64,000 nt of DNA from Callorhinchus milii. Lineage: Eukaryota. The stretch lies in NCBI RefSeq assembly GCF_018977255.1, contig NW_024704743.1:87298001-87362000 (forward strand), read 5' to 3'. Positions within the stretch are counted from its first letter, which is position 1, and every line of letters starts with the position of its first letter. Below are positions 25,496 through 39,384 of the stretch, in pieces. The position numbers and the translations under genes were made by a program. Under the pieces are notes generated by a model, which did not search any database, was not told where the DNA came from, and was given only the letters and a program-made list of their open reading frames with translations.

Positions 25496-26229
25496 GAGAA
25501 GGGTCAGTTTTAAATAAATATGCTGCCAGAACAAATCAGAAACAATATTATGTTTCTTGTTGTATAGTTAATTTGACATTCAATTCTATTACCGCAGATG
25601 CTATGCCTCTGTTTGCTGCAGCATCAGCAAGGGCCTTCCAATTAATCCAAATTAATTTGGTAATTACAGAAATGTAGCTGAAAGAAAGTAGATGAATTTA
25701 TAAATCTAAATTCAATTTGCCATTTGCTCCATCAGCTTGTCTTCATTTCAGTTCTAGTGTTTACTGCTCTGAAAGAATGCCTGCTACAGCATTCAAATCT
25801 CACCGGCATATTATTCTGAATTAATAAACAACAGACTTTGAATAAATAATGTACTAAATGTAAAAGCAGTGATGTCATTGTTGATTTTATGAGTCCAGTG
25901 GTTGAAGGGGTAGAAAAATGCAACATTCTCAACTGGTTCGCTGAAGGGAAGTTCCCCTGGTATCCTGGTGACCAGTTACAATTGGTCATTCATTTCATGG
26001 TTTTATGTGAAAATTGGCTGTCGTGTAAAACCCACGAATACACGGTCACTACATTTCACTCAATCCTGTGAATCACTTTGAGAACATCTTCGATGTGAAA
26101 GGTGCTATAACGATTACAAGAATTATTAATATTATTTATTATTAAAGGAAGTTGCCCAAAAGTTTATAATAAATGCTGAAGTTAATTACTAACAACAAAG
26201 GAATTCAGGAACAAGAGACATTATGAATT

Positions 26230-26449
26230 CACATTGCAGTCAAAGCTCCACTATAGACTTTCTACTTCTTTTGTGCCTATCAACACCCTTCAATTTGGTG
26301 CAAAACAATGAGAGCGCAAGGTACAGCAGATTGCTGAATAAGACTCCTCACATCTCACCAGGAACTCAACCGACTGCTGCCCCCTCCTGACAATAGCCAC
26401 TCCTGCATTCCTTTCAATAAATCACAGAATGAGACTGCAATTGGAGGGG
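26230..26449 (-). pseudogene. FN3-like relic exon
   Basis: Acceptor tcttgttttcag; phase-1 APPIAVSFCDL (compare PxxxxFSDI), then SVEFLV, LYLALSL..LKG and SGALTA in shifted frames. Confidence 0.4.
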
Positions 26450-26984
26450 CTGAAAACAAGACTGCAGATTTAATCCTCTCTACTGATTAAGTTAGTAATT
26501 ATAATATTTATTCATATACTACACCATTGAGACTAGTGATCACCTTCCATTCCCTGTGGAGGGGTTAATCTCACCATACAAATACAAAATACATAATTAC
26601 ATTTGTATAGCGCCTTTCACGTCAGGAGGACATCCTAATGCATACGTTACATGCAGCACATTTCTTGATGTTGACCAATCATTCGGGTCTATTCCGTCTT
26701 GTAACTTTTGTCAGTCCATTCCAGTGCACTTCAAATACCTTCAACACAACTTTAAAATGATAAATAGATCAACATGTAAAATAGATTTTCCTTCATGTAA
26801 GGAAGACATCCCAAAGCACTTCATAGGATATACAGTTAAGTGGAGTGACTGTGTTTTGTAGGCAAACTTATTACTTGCAAGTGCACATTGACATTGGAGA
26901 ATAGGAAAGTAGGGAGGGGAACATTTTTGTAGAAAAAGAAATCTGACTGAAGCAGATCAGTAATTACAGATCATGTGGCCCTAC

Positions 26985-27270
26985 CTACGATGTTAAATCA
27001 AGGACCTGTCTGGCTGTTCAGGTGGATGTCAAAAGGTCCCATGGCACTGCTCGAAAAGAGAAGGGAATTTCTTACAGTGTCCTGGCCAACATTCCCCCAA
27101 ATAAAATTGGACATTCATGTCAAGGCTGTTTGTGGCATGTTTCTGTGTGCAATTGGCTCCCACATATCTGCAAATACACAGTCATTACACTTCACTGTAA
27201 AATCCTGTGACACACTTTGAGATGTATCTACAACATGATAAGGCACCAAATCAAATGCAAGAATTATTAT
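26985..27270 (+). mobile_element. Family B SINE, 3' two-thirds
   Basis: gatgttaaatcaagg..ctgttcaggtggatgtcaaaaggtcccatggcact..caaatgcaagaattatt. Confidence 0.8.
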
Positions 27271-27379
27271 AATTCAAAAGGACTCGGATATCAATTTTTC
27301 TGCCACCTATGAGTTGTAATGGAATTGTAATCACCAATTTTAAGGTTTTGAGGCAATAAACAACATTAAACTTGCCTTA

Positions 27380-27640
27380 TATTAGCATGAGGGAAGATTC
27401 AAGTAGCTTTACAAGATGTTGAAATATGACAGAATCTCCTACAGGGGGCGCTGGAGACTTCTTCATCACTTCATCATTGTCACGAAAACATTCTTCAGAT
27501 ATTAGAGGTTTGACAGTCAACAATCCACAATAAACTCTGAAATTATCCTTAAAATTCAAGATCGTGCACAATTTTGGGAAAATTCATAAATTCAGTCTCA
27601 ATTTGGCAATTAGGTTTCCATAATTCTTAAAAAGAAATAA
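27380..27640 (-). pseudogene. Weak FN3-like relic exon
   Basis: Acceptor tttgctttttcgcag; LWKP/IAK/IE (WxPPxAxID-like) and TVKP in shifted frames. Confidence 0.25.
27438..27452 (+). promoter_or_regulatory. CTCF-like motif
   Basis: CCTACAGGGGGCGCT against consensus CCASYAGRKGGCRS; retains a CpG in CpG-poor surroundings. Confidence 0.4.
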
Positions 27641-30486
27641 CTGCGAAAAAGCAAATTAAAAAACAAAGACTTAATTGCTTAAGAACTTTCCAGAATTCAC
27701 ACAGTTTCAAATGTTAAGACGGGTGACCCGAGACTAGGAGAAATACACGATACGATCCAATTTACATTTATTTAGTGCCTTTCACGTCGGGGGCGGACTC
27801 AAATATCACATCTCTGGAGACGTCAAAAGTTCCCGGTGAAGCTTACACATTAGGGACCATTCTACACTGTGACAAAATAATAATAATCTTTACATTTGGT
27901 GTAGTGCCTTTCACACCAGGAAGACATCTCAAAGCACTTCATAGAATTCTACTGTAAAGTGTGGTGACTGTTTGCATTTGCAATAACCTATTATCAGAAT
28001 GGTACTGACTCTGCCTGTACAGCACTCTGCCAGCACTGCCCTGGAGAGCCAGCCTAGATTATGAGTTTAAAGTCCCAATGTGGGCTATTTCTATTTATTT
28101 CTCATCTCCAAAATTCGAATGAACAACAACAACAACTTGCATTTATATAGCGACCTACACCCGAGATAGAGTCCCGGAGCGCTTATGAATTGACTATTCA
28201 GGTCAGATTATCATCGGTACCAGTTGGCTTGCGATAAACTGCAATTGAACTGGAAGATTATTCAATGATAAGCACATTAAAAATCAGTACAAAGAATATT
28301 TTGAAGAAATTAGCTGAATTTTACCCCATGTTGTAAACTTCTAAATGGATTACATGGCCCTATAACAAGTTAACACATTTCATGAGAGATATGTATTAAT
28401 CAATAGCGTTTTATTTCTTTTAATTAATATGCTCGAATGAGGCCCAGTAGCTATGGATTTAGTGCTGGTTCTTCTACATACTGGTATGACTTGTATTCTT
28501 TATTTATAGTATTATATTGTATATATATTGTATTCTTCTACATTCTGTCACCCGAACCTGCCCGTCATGGTATCTTGTGTGTGGGGTGGGGGTTTGGATG
28601 AGAATAATTGTCTATCTTATTGATTTCCTAGCAGGCCATCTGCTAGCTTATCATGTGATAGGACATGAGGCTAAATGGGCCAGAGGGCCTTCTTCATATC
28701 TTGTTTGTGTTCCTGTAACATAAGGGGAGAGAAGGCTAACCTCTTCTCTCCGCAAATAAACATCCATTTTTAATAGTGCCACAGGATCTGTAATTTCCAC
28801 TGGAATAGTTGATCAGTTTGAATTTTGTTGATGATAGATGTATGGAAAGTAAGTCCATGTTTGGAGTTTGATCTTATAGTTTAGGCTGGAACTCCAGTGC
28901 AGTGTTGGGGGACCTTGTATTGTTGTTCTGATGGTGAGTTTTACAACAACAACTTGTTCCCTTGCAATAATCATTGCATTTGATATAGCGCCTTATCATG
29001 CCATTGAGATGTGTCAAAGCTCTTCATAGTAAAATGAATTGATTGTATATTTTGTGGGCGAAACACAGCAGCAAATTGCGCACAGCAGTGTCCCACAAAC
29101 ACTCATGGATTTTGTGGTACAGGATTGTACCTGTGCATTTCACTGGGGTATTACATTCACTGTTACTTAGCCCTCTATGAAAATTTAAGACTACTTTAGT
29201 GTAGCTGTATACAAGTTTGAAAAAATGAGTCTTTGAAATAATACTTAAATATCTTTGCATTTGTTATTGTGCCTTTCACGTCAGGAGGTTGTCTAATATT
29301 GCTTCACAGGATATACTGTAAGGTAAAGCAGCTGTGTAATTTGTGGGTGAATACAGCAGCCAATTTTGCACACAGCAACAACAACTTGCACTTATATAGT
29401 GCCCTCCACGCAGGGTAGCGTCTCAGAGCGCTTAACAGTGGCGGAGCCTGACTCCGAACCCGGGGGGTGGGGGAGGGGGGTGCAGTGCATGCATACATAC
29501 GTAGATGCTCTGTGACACATGATGCCACAGCGCCACTTTGACTTCGCGGCCATCAGGTGTAACTGCAGCGAAAAACACAAAACTGAAAATAACTCATGAA
29601 CGATAGAGATACCTGAAAAAAAAATATGCCCATGTCACTCCTAGATGCAAGGCCTTTCCGATGAGGTATAAATCGGGTCTCTATATCAATCAGTTATTGA
29701 GATCCTTCTTGAAGCACAGACAGATATTGTTTTATTAGTATGGAAGTTAGATAAAAGATAGATAGATAAATGGATGCTTGATTGGATTCTGAAGGAGGTG
29801 ATGCTGATGAAAGAGTACAAGAATTGCAAATAAAATTGGTCGTTCACTGTATGGCAGCTTGTGGGATATTGTGTGCAAATCCCCCCACCCCCCCCACACA
29901 CATCCGGTAAAAAAATCACTGCATTTTACAAGCAATCCTGTGAAGGACTTCAAGACATCTGGATGACATGATATATCAAAGTGCGAAGATTACAATTATT
30001 ACAATTAACCAGGAAAAAATGAGGCAGGAGAGCGGCAGTAAATCCAGTCGATAAGTTATTTTTCTTTCAGTGGCTTGTAAGGAATTAATAGTGCTCACAA
30101 GCCTGCAGAGGGCATCATGTTCTCAAGCTGCTCACATGTCTGAAAAGATCAAGATGTGAAGAGAAATTTAAGAATATTTCTCTATGCTGGTTTCTAAAAA
30201 TGTCTTTCATTATTGGTTTGAGAAACAAATGCACTCGCTATATGAGCACAGCCTTCTGCATTAATAATAAATAGTCTTTGCATTTAATAGAGCACCTATA
30301 ATGTCGCAACACTTGAATTGCTGTTACTGTGTATTTGTAGGCAGGTGTGGCAACCTAGCTTCACACAGCAATGACTCACAGACAGCCATGAAGTAAGTGA
30401 CCAATTTTTATTCAGAGGATTGTTAGCCAGGACAATAAGACAACTCTTCTCTTTTCGAACTGCCATGGGATCTTTAACATTAATCA

Positions 30487-30928
30487 GTGTGTCAGCCTGG
30501 CGCATTGATAGCACTCTCACCTCTAAATCAGAAGGTTATGCATTCAAGCCCCACTCAGGATTTGGTATCACATTGTCTAAGCTAACACTCTAATGCAGTG
30601 CTGGAGGGGTGTTACATTGTAAGAGGTGTCATTTTTCAAATAGGACGTTAAATCGCGGTCCCGTTTGCCTGTTTGGGTGGACGTCAAAGATCCCATAGCA
30701 CTATTTGAAAAGTGAAGGAAGTTTCGCCTAATGTCCTGACCAACAATCGGCCACATAAAATTGGTCACTCTCTCCATGGCCATTCGCGAGACATTGATGT
30801 GCACAACTGACTGCAGTGTTTCGCTCACAAAATATAGTCAATCCATTTTAAAGTGTATCCTGTGAAGCACTTTGAGACATCTTGACAACGTGAAAAGCAC
30901 AATGTTAATTGTAAGGATTATTATTATT
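30487..30928 (+). mobile_element. Full-length family B SINE, head-to-head with a minus-strand fragment at about 30265-30480
   Basis: gtgtcagcctggcgcattgatagcactctcacctct head through to aggattattatt tail. Confidence 0.85.
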
Positions 30929-31479
30929 TATCAATCTGAGCAGGCAAACGGGACCTGCACTTTATAGTAAATCTACATATCAGTTTAATGTCTCACCTGA
31001 AGTTTCAACGCTCTCTAAAAACTATTGGAGTGTCACAATAGATGATAAGTTTAAAGATCTATGTCAGGCTTGAACTTTTTAAGTTATTTTTAAATTACGT
31101 TTAGATGTGGGGTAGAGGAGAGAGTTTAGTTGTCCTGAAATAATACAACCACTTACAAAGTGTGTTTAATTCCGTCTTTAAGTGAAATTAATTCTGGAAA
31201 ATACAAAATCAGAAGTGAAAGTCTCAGAGCACAAGCTGAAATGATGTGTGAGCCTGTGCTGTGGCTTTGGACTTCTTTGTGCAACTCTTACTTCCTGTGT
31301 TTTTTTTAACTGCGGTTAAAATGACCGTGCGGAATGTCAGGAAGAACCAGAGCTACACTGAGTGATATCATGCCTCTTTATCAGATGTGCTGTCTGTTGC
31401 ATGATATTTTACAAACCACTTCTACAGTCATCTTCCATCTTTGGGAATCTAATATAGTGTCAAACTACGTACTTAGTAG

Positions 31480-31850
31480 CAATGTTGTCTTGCCTCTGAC
31501 TGAGTCAGAAGGTTTGTGGGTTCAAATCCCACTTTGAGACACAGCTCTAGACTGCGCCGTGCAGCATTGTTGGAGGTGCTATCCTTCAGATGAGACGTAA
31601 AGCCAAGACCCCATCTGCCTAGATCCCATGGCACTATTCAAAAAGAGAAGGCAGTTTTTTTCCTGGAGTCCTGGCCAACAAGCACCCAGATAAAATTGGT
31701 CATTCACTTCATGGCTGTTTGTGGGGTATTGCCATGGGAAAATGGATTGGCACATTTATCTACGATTATATAATCACTACACTTCACAGTGAAATCCTGT
31801 GAAATCTTTTGAGATGTGTTAAGGTGCAAAATCAAGTGAGAATTATTATT
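31480..31850 (+). mobile_element. Family B SINE
   Basis: ctgagtcagaaggtttgtgggttcaaatccc..ggaggtgctatccttcagatgagacgtaaa..tail. Confidence 0.8.
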
Positions 31851-32639
31851 AATATGCAGTGTTTTTTAAAAGGTGGCTTGTCCTAGTAACTGGAATTGCA
31901 TCAAAGTAACTGGAACTCCAGTATTCAGATTGCGTCAGACAAGAGCATATGTCTGGTTTCTCAGAAGAACCGGCACTCTGATGATGCAACTCATTAGGAA
32001 TCCCCATTTTTAGAAATTAACCTCGTTTTAACAAACCTTCTGCCATAGTTATGTAGTTTGGCTCAATTGTAGGTTTGAGCTCACAGTCTAAGGTGAAATT
32101 TCTGTGTAGTACTGACAGAGTGAATGTGCATTGTTGGAAGTGCTGTCCTTCAGGAGAAGATGTTGTACTGAGGCCCATCTGCCTGTTCTGCTGGTTCAAT
32201 TAGACATTTAAGATTTAATGGTACTGTTTTCAAGAAAGGCAGGAATTTCCCCAGATTCTGACCAACATTCAAATTCAGAACAAATTGTGGGATAAAGTTG
32301 GTTCAGAGCAGCTACCACATTTGTCAATAAAACCAGCAAAAAACCCAATCTCTTCAAATTTCAACCTTCACATAAATAGCCACAAACTATTCGAGTTTGG
32401 TTCTCTTGGCTTCTGTCATCATTTACACATCTCACACTTCATTCATTGTGTACAATGATTCATACCCCCCTTAAATAAAAGGATGAATGACTCTACCATG
32501 AGCAGCTTGGCTGCACAGTAGGAAATATACCAGTTTGATATAAACATATGTTTCTAGATCAGATTATGGTACAGTGCTAACTATCTCACAATCATGGCAG
32601 ATTCTTACCAGTATAATTGTATTAGTTGTTAACCCTTCC

Positions 32640-32970
32640 AATATTGTGTGTGAATTTATTTTTTCTGGTGCTTGTACACTTGTCCAGGAAGCTTCTTCCT
32701 GGTTTGATGTTATAAATATGGGACATTTTTTGCTTTTTTATATGAAATGAATTTGGACATTTTACTCAACTCTCCTGGTGTGGGCTCACAGCATAGTGCT
32801 TTGCCACATTGTCAGACTTGCTGAGGGGTCAAGTTTGACTGGCGTGGGACACAGAGTTTTCAAACACTTGTGTGAGGTTGTGGGTAAGGCACATTGCACC
32901 CACATGCTTGTCTTCACAAATAATAGTGGAAATACAGAATTTCAGGAAACAGGGAGCATTTGATATGTTA
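32640..32970 (-). pseudogene. FN3-like relic exon
   Basis: One frame reads ISNAPCFLKF...SQT*PLSKSDNVAKHY (TGA where the conserved Trp is expected)...HIYNIKPGRSF..TRKNK, resembling xxLKPGxxY. Confidence 0.45.
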
Positions 32971-34138
32971 GGGGACAAAACCTCAACTCTGATTGGCCGA
33001 TAGACCTGTCTGTCAAGCCACCGGCTCATCTGTCTTAAAGGACAGATCTTTTAACTGAGTTTTACTCAACACCCCCCTCCCCCCAAATATTTTCCCCTGT
33101 CGCCTATGCTACAAATACAGTCACTACACTACACAGTAGAATCCCGTGAAGCTCTTCTTGTGACGTCTCATGATAAGGTGTTATGCAAGGATTAATATGA
33201 AGCTAAAACTCTCCTATCACCTTGAAATCTGTTAAATAGTGCAGTGTCATAGATGATTCATTGTTAATCTTTAAATTTCTTCTTCAGTAGGACCTCCTTA
33301 GATAACTTCATTGTTGTAAATCATCCTTTATCTTGTGCTTAATGTAATATCTGTGCTCGCTTAGCTTATAACATAAATTTTATCACCTACTTCACCTTCT
33401 TCCTGTCCCAAACAGTTTCACAACTCGGAGTGCAATATCTTGTATTTGGAAGCATCATTGCAGAGTTAACTATAAGGCAAAACCGGTGCCACTCTGTGAC
33501 TTCCGTCGCAAAGTGGGGAGATTAATGTACTCTTTGAATTCATTTCTTCACCCTGTGGGAAAATCCCTTCTGTTGTTATGCTCGGATCCTCCAAGTGATT
33601 CATTCCACTGCTAGCATGATCCATTCTACCGCTGCTCCGGCTGAGATTACAGACTCCCAGTTTCAGGAATTGGAAGATGCTACGCATCCATGACATTGAG
33701 TGTCCATACAGCCAAGAACTAGAAGAGACAGATTTTCAAAATATTGAAGGACATGAATAATGTAGGTGCAACCAGGTTGTTTATTTAATTCTAATATTTT
33801 TCTGCTTGGTGTTCACTGCTGCATTTGTCAAGCAGTTTAATACATTCTTTTATGTATGAGGCACTAGGAAAGTTTACTTTGCTGTTTCACATCAAACATG
33901 TTTGTAGAGCTAGAGGATACGAGAGCAACATTGGCCAGGCTTGACCAGCATTAGAAACTTACTTTCCCTTCCCTTCCTGTTCCTCCCCACATACACACAC
34001 ATAGAAGGGAAGTACATTCATTATGTGGAATAGACTGTCATCTAAAACATTATTTTCAGAACAATTTTCTCTTGCAGAAATAAGATGGGCAAATACCTAG
34101 TTGATACTGGGATGGATAGTTATGGGAATAAGTATAGA

Positions 34139-34455
34139 CAACAACAACAACAACAAGATTCCATTTATTGAGCGCCTTTCACGTCGGGAGGACATCCCAA
34201 GGCGCTGTACAGTTAGGTCAGGACCCGAGCAAGGGGGAAATGGTCAGGGTGAGGGGAGGGAAGAGAGGGAGCGAGGAGGGGGTAGAGATTCGAGAGAGGA
34301 GCTGAAGGCACGGTCAAAGAGAAAGGTCTTGAGACCGGCCTTGAAGGAGGAAAGGGAGGAAGCAAGGCGAGGGCACTGGAGGATAGAGTTCCAGAGCCTA
34401 GGGGCTGAGAGGCTGAAGGCCCGGCCATCGATGGAGGGCGGTTGGGGCGGGGGAT
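34139..34455 (-). mobile_element. Young L2 3' fragment
   Basis: Same subfamily as 7987-8412 and 16583-16881; (CAA)n tail. Confidence 0.9.
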
Positions 34456-34799
34456 GTGAAGCAGACAGAGACTTCTCTGTCATAGACAGAGATGATCAAA
34501 ATGCTTTGTGGTACATTAAGGTTCATGCCCTGTTCAGAGCATAAAAATGCCATCAGGGTTGAATAACGTGGGTCATTATGTAAGATATGTAAAATTATGT
34601 AAGATTATGTAAAACATGCTAACGTTTTTTCTTGGTTATCTTTGCTGGTTAAAGAGAATCTTAAAAGTTTATTATCTTGTACATTTTTACAGTGCCTTCA
34701 CCAATAGAGGAAGTCCAGTAACGGTGAACTGTATAATAGGTGTTTTTTTGATCAGCCAATTGTGTACCACAATTGTATTCCAACCATTGCCACCTACAC

Positions 34800-35060
34800 A
34801 TGGAGATTCCCAGTGTAACCCATAGGAAAACCACTTCACAATGAAAGCTAAGTTTACTTCAGTGAACCTCCTGTCCAGCTCATTGGATCTTGGCTCTGAA
34901 GAGCTCTTTGGAGCTGATATCTCGTGAGTCGATTTGACTTGATGAGCAAGTTGATGAGTTGCAGAAAACGCAACTTATGACACAAATACGTTTTCCAATG
35001 GTTACATTGTTCAAGTGCTTTTTGAACCCCAATGTTTATGATAAAAGTATTCTACACGTA
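34800..35060 (-). pseudogene. FN3-like relic exon
   Basis: KHLNNVT.. / QIDSRDIS / SSSEPRSNELDRRFTEVNLAFIVKWFSYGLH in shifted frames, compare IDSYxISY....LDxxxTExxLxxL....Y. Confidence 0.35.
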
Positions 35061-35109
35061 TGGTCGAAATGGGGATTAACAATATCCATATTGCTACAGA
35101 TTCTTATAT

Positions 35110-35460
35110 TGCAGACTATACTGTAGGCTGGAGGTCATAGTCTCAGGCGACACTCCAGTTGCCTGCTGGGGGAAGAGCATCACATTGTCAGAGGCTCCAT
35201 CTTTCAGATGCAACCTTAAAACCTAGTTCCCATTTTCCTGTTCAGGTGCACTGTTAATGATTCCACCATACTATTAAAAAAGAGAGTTCCCAATGTTCTG
35301 GCCAACAGTACCCCCAGATCATTTACTTCATGATTGTTTGTGGGACTTTGCTGGCGCAAATTGGCTGCTCATTTGCCTGCAAAACAAATGTCGCTATATG
35401 CAACAGGAATTACTTGTGACGAAAACATTTTGATATGATGAGGTGCTATAAAATGCAAGG
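35110..35460 (+). mobile_element. Family B SINE
   Basis: cattgtcagaggctccatctttcagatg..cctgttcaggtg..gtttgtgggactttgctggcgcaaattggctgc. Confidence 0.7.
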
Positions 35461-36629
35461 GTACTACATAAGAATCTAACATTCAGATGTTGGAGTGTTT
35501 GTGCCATCAGGTCACAGAATACAAAGAACTCATTAAATCCCTGTAATTTTCCGTCAATTTCTTTCACAGCAACCTAGCTTAAGCAAGTAGATTTGAAAGA
35601 CAATTGATGTACAGTAGTCAAACAAATGGAATTTTTTTTATTGTCTGGATGTAGAATTAATGAAACAATACCCCAGAGATGGCAATTTTTGCATTGCTAT
35701 AATATGTTGGCTTTTTTTAATAAGAAAAATTGCAGTACAGGGTGATTGAGCACATCATGTCTGCAGTCCAGCATGTATTTGATAGATCTATAAATATTTC
35801 ATGTGGAAGTAATGTGTTTCTGATAATATATTACTGCATCTAAGAACCAAGTAATTTCCAGTTTTAATTCGGTGAATTTGAAAGTGTCTTGTTAAAAATT
35901 CTGTTCCTCCATTATTCTTGGCTCACTGTCCTGCTAGCATGTTACCGAGCACTGAATGATAGCTGTAGTACACATTCAGGCTACACATTTACTGTTTCCT
36001 TTGCTTAAGCCTGAGAAGGTTTCTGTTAATAAAGGATGAGATTTTTATTTGGTTACCTCAGCTCAGAGTAAAAGAATGCAGACTATAAACACCCTCATGG
36101 ACTGGTAGGTCAAATGGCTTATTTCTATGCTCTACAGTCTATATAGTAAACAAAACCGAGGGCTAGGAAATACTGTGCTTTGTTTTGTGAGGATTGTCGA
36201 TGCTCACAGTTTAGTATCCAGCAGAAAATAGCACTCTTGCCATAAAAGCATTAGTCTGATTATCTTAATGTTAATTTGCAGATTGCATTTTTTAATAGAG
36301 GTCTAATTGAGTGTTATGAAAAGAAAAAAAAGTTTCAGGCCATTTTTAGGACCAAATAAAGGATTTATTCTGATATCAATGAGCCTTTTATGCTACCTGG
36401 CAGACTTTATTACTGCTGACAATTTTAAGTCAATGGGATGAATGAACAGGAATGTTATAAAGAATGGATCCAGATGTTCTGTATCCCCCTTTCCAGCAGT
36501 CAAATACCTTGAGCTGCAAGTCGAGTGTTGCAGGCCTTGCTTTATGAATGTCACCAGTGACAGCAATGGTTGGGGGAACAACCACAACAACTTACGTTTA
36601 TATAGCACCCTTCATGCCGGACGTTGTCT

Positions 36630-36815
36630 CTGAATGCAGGGGCAATGGTCATTTGTACACCTGGGTACATTGGGTGTGATAAATGTCTTGTATGAAGCCA
36701 ATATGGGAAAGGGGAAAAGACAGGTAAAGGGGACTGAAAGGATTGCTCTTAAAAGAGTCAGCACGGAAACGGTGAGCTGAATAGCTTTCTGTGCTGTAAA
36801 GTTTGATGGTTCTAA
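36630..36815 (+). mobile_element. CR1 3' UTR fragment
   Basis: gattgctcttaaaagagtcagcac..gctgaatagctttctgtgctgtaaagtttgatggttcta. Confidence 0.6.
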
Positions 36816-37829
36816 TATGTTCTTTATCCAGTGTAAGGAATTCTTTACATACTATACTAACACATGACATGATTAAACAACGTTGATGTGTTTTATCATA
36901 CCCACATTGTGTGCTATGACTGTTTGCACTGTATCACATTTCAATAGTGTTTACAAGAGTACATTCCTCAATGGAAAGTTTCATGTGCAGTATGTCGGAA
37001 CCAAACATGGATTTTGATATGCCTTTTTTTGGGGGTCAGTCAGGTATTTATCAGTTTTGTCAGGCATAGAATGTCCAGTCTATCCCCACAGGGATGTACC
37101 ACGTTCACCTAATCCTGGAAAGTTTAAATGCAGATTTGCAGGACCTCAGAGCATACACTTGTTTACTGCTGGATCTTAACCAGCTAAAACTGATCAGCCT
37201 ACCATTGCAAATCGTAAGTGAGCTTCCTGCTGCTTGTCCAACTAGGACCAATTTACCTTTGCCTTAGAGAGTCATGTGGAGCTCAGCATGAAAAATCCCA
37301 GCCCCTGGTGGCTGGCCTGCTCTTCCACATTCTGTCAATGAGCCAGGTTGGCTGGTCCACCAACAACAGTGCTTTGGAGCCTACCTGGCTCAAGTATTGG
37401 TCAACCAAGTCACCAGCATAAACTGCACAACAGCATCGCCACCATCCTCCTACCACAACTCTTTACCTACTGAACAGCAATTCAACTAGTTAGAGGTGCA
37501 GAGCGTGAACAGGGGCTTGTTACTTTTCTGAATACCAATCAAAATGGATACCAAGCCCTGGATAAATGAATGTATGTTCTGCCAAGCCTTAGTGTGTCAA
37601 ACACAGGGGAAGTAGAATTTAATTAAATCCTGTGTTAAGGGATATTTGGGGAATAAACTGCAGCTCTGCAATTAATATTTTTTTACTAAACATTCATACC
37701 TAAGAGTGTTTCTTTCTGAATGGCTTCTTTGTCTCCTGGATTCAGTATGGCTATTCAGAATGCAAGTGAGGTGTCACAAGGAAGTTGCAATAGTTTCTGA
37801 TCTGATATACATGGTTTAATTGTAGCACA

Positions 37830-38060
37830 TGAAATCTATCCTAGGTCAGTAGAACTACTTATTCATTGGTTTTTCTCACCCAGACCTAAAGGTTGTTCAT
37901 AATGAGCACCCAAGAGAATAGCTAGAAGAAACATTGATCGACATGCAAGTTTTCTTCCTATTAGAAACAAATCCATCAAGACTGAAGAACACTGAGCCAT
38001 CCCAAAGAGCTCTGTGCATGTGTAACCTGCTAGACCGATCTTGATTTGTATTATCATTAA
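37830..38060 (-). pseudogene. FN3-like relic exon
   Basis: VTHAQSSLGW / SLDGFV / MFLLAILLGAHYEQPLGLGEKNQ*ISSST in shifted frames, compare LxPGxxYxxxxxAEKGxxxS. Confidence 0.4.
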
Positions 38061-38246
38061 TAGTAAAGTTGAATAATGTATAAGATTTGCTTGAATAGTA
38101 TGTTCCTCAATTAGTTAAAGTTGCAATGGTTTGAGATATTTCTCTTTATTTTTGCAATATACCTCAAATTAGGTTGCTTACCATCCCATAACAAAAGTCT
38201 GTGTGAATGGTAACATAGCATTTTGATTGGTTTGACAAAGAATTTA

Positions 38247-38514
38247 TTATAATAATAATAATCCTTGCATTTGATATAGCTCTTTTCACATCTTCTAGAT
38301 GTCTCAAAGTTCTTCACAGAATAGACTGTAAAGTGAATTAACTGTATATTTGTGGGTGAAATGTGGCAGCCATTGGATTGAAATGACCAATATATTATTG
38401 TTTTTTTGAGGGATTATTATCAGGTGAGTGAAGGAAACATGCCCATGCTAGGAATCGAACTCAGGCCTCTCGCTTGCAAAGCGAGTGCTCTAACCACTGA
38501 GCTACAGGACTCCA
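38247..38514 (-). mobile_element. Family A SINE with internal deletion
   Basis: Head gagctacaggactccac at right and (TAA)n tail at left; the gtcccacaaac segment is missing. Confidence 0.88.
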
Positions 38515-39067
38515 CTAAGATAACACATCTGAAGCTAAATTTCTACAGACAAGATGTCAAGCAGGTCAGTTGTCTTGGGCCAAGCATGATGGTCAGTGAC
38601 CGATCCAGTGGTGTCTTATTGTGTGTGCTACATGAGGATTAGCAGGGTTCAACACTGCAACAGTTTAGAGTTGAATGTTTGTGTCTTCCTGTGGACATTA
38701 AAATCCCATGAGATGATTCAAGAGTTTCTCCCAATAAACAGTTCTCTAGATTAATTGATCATTTACTTCAGGGTTTTTTGTGAGATGTTGTTGTGCCCAA
38801 AAAAGTTGCCATGTTTACCTGAAAAAAGGCTGTAAAGTGCTTTAAGATATTTTTACATGATAAGAGTCTATAAGGATAAAATCCTTGTTTCTGAATATCG
38901 GGTCCTTTGATCAGTACACTTTATATCTTGTGAATCATCTTTGAGTTGCTCTTCTGATGTGAAAAGCACTATATTAAATGCAAGGATTATTGTAAAATTT
39001 TGCACTTCACTATGTTAATGTAGATTAAGTGTTAGAAAAACCTTTCTCCTTTTCGAATCAGATACAG

Positions 39068-39384
39068 GAGAGTCCTGTAGCTCAGTGGTTAGAGCACTCG
39101 CTTTGCAAATGAGAAACCTGAGTTCAATCGCAGGCAGGGCGAAACTTTGGGCAAGTTTCCTTACTCCACACGCCTAATAATAATCTCTCCAAAAAAAAAA
39201 ACAATAATAAATTGGTCATTTTCAATCCACGACTGTTTGTGGGACATTGCTGTGCGCAATTGGCTGCCGCGTTCGCCCACAAATATACAGTCAACTCACT
39301 TTACAGTAGTGAAGCACTTTGGGACGTCTAGAAGACGTGAAAAGTGCTATATCAAATGCAAGGATTATTATTATTATTATTATT
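39068..39384 (+). mobile_element. Family A SINE
   Basis: Near-consensus sequence with (TTA)n tail. Confidence 0.92.
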
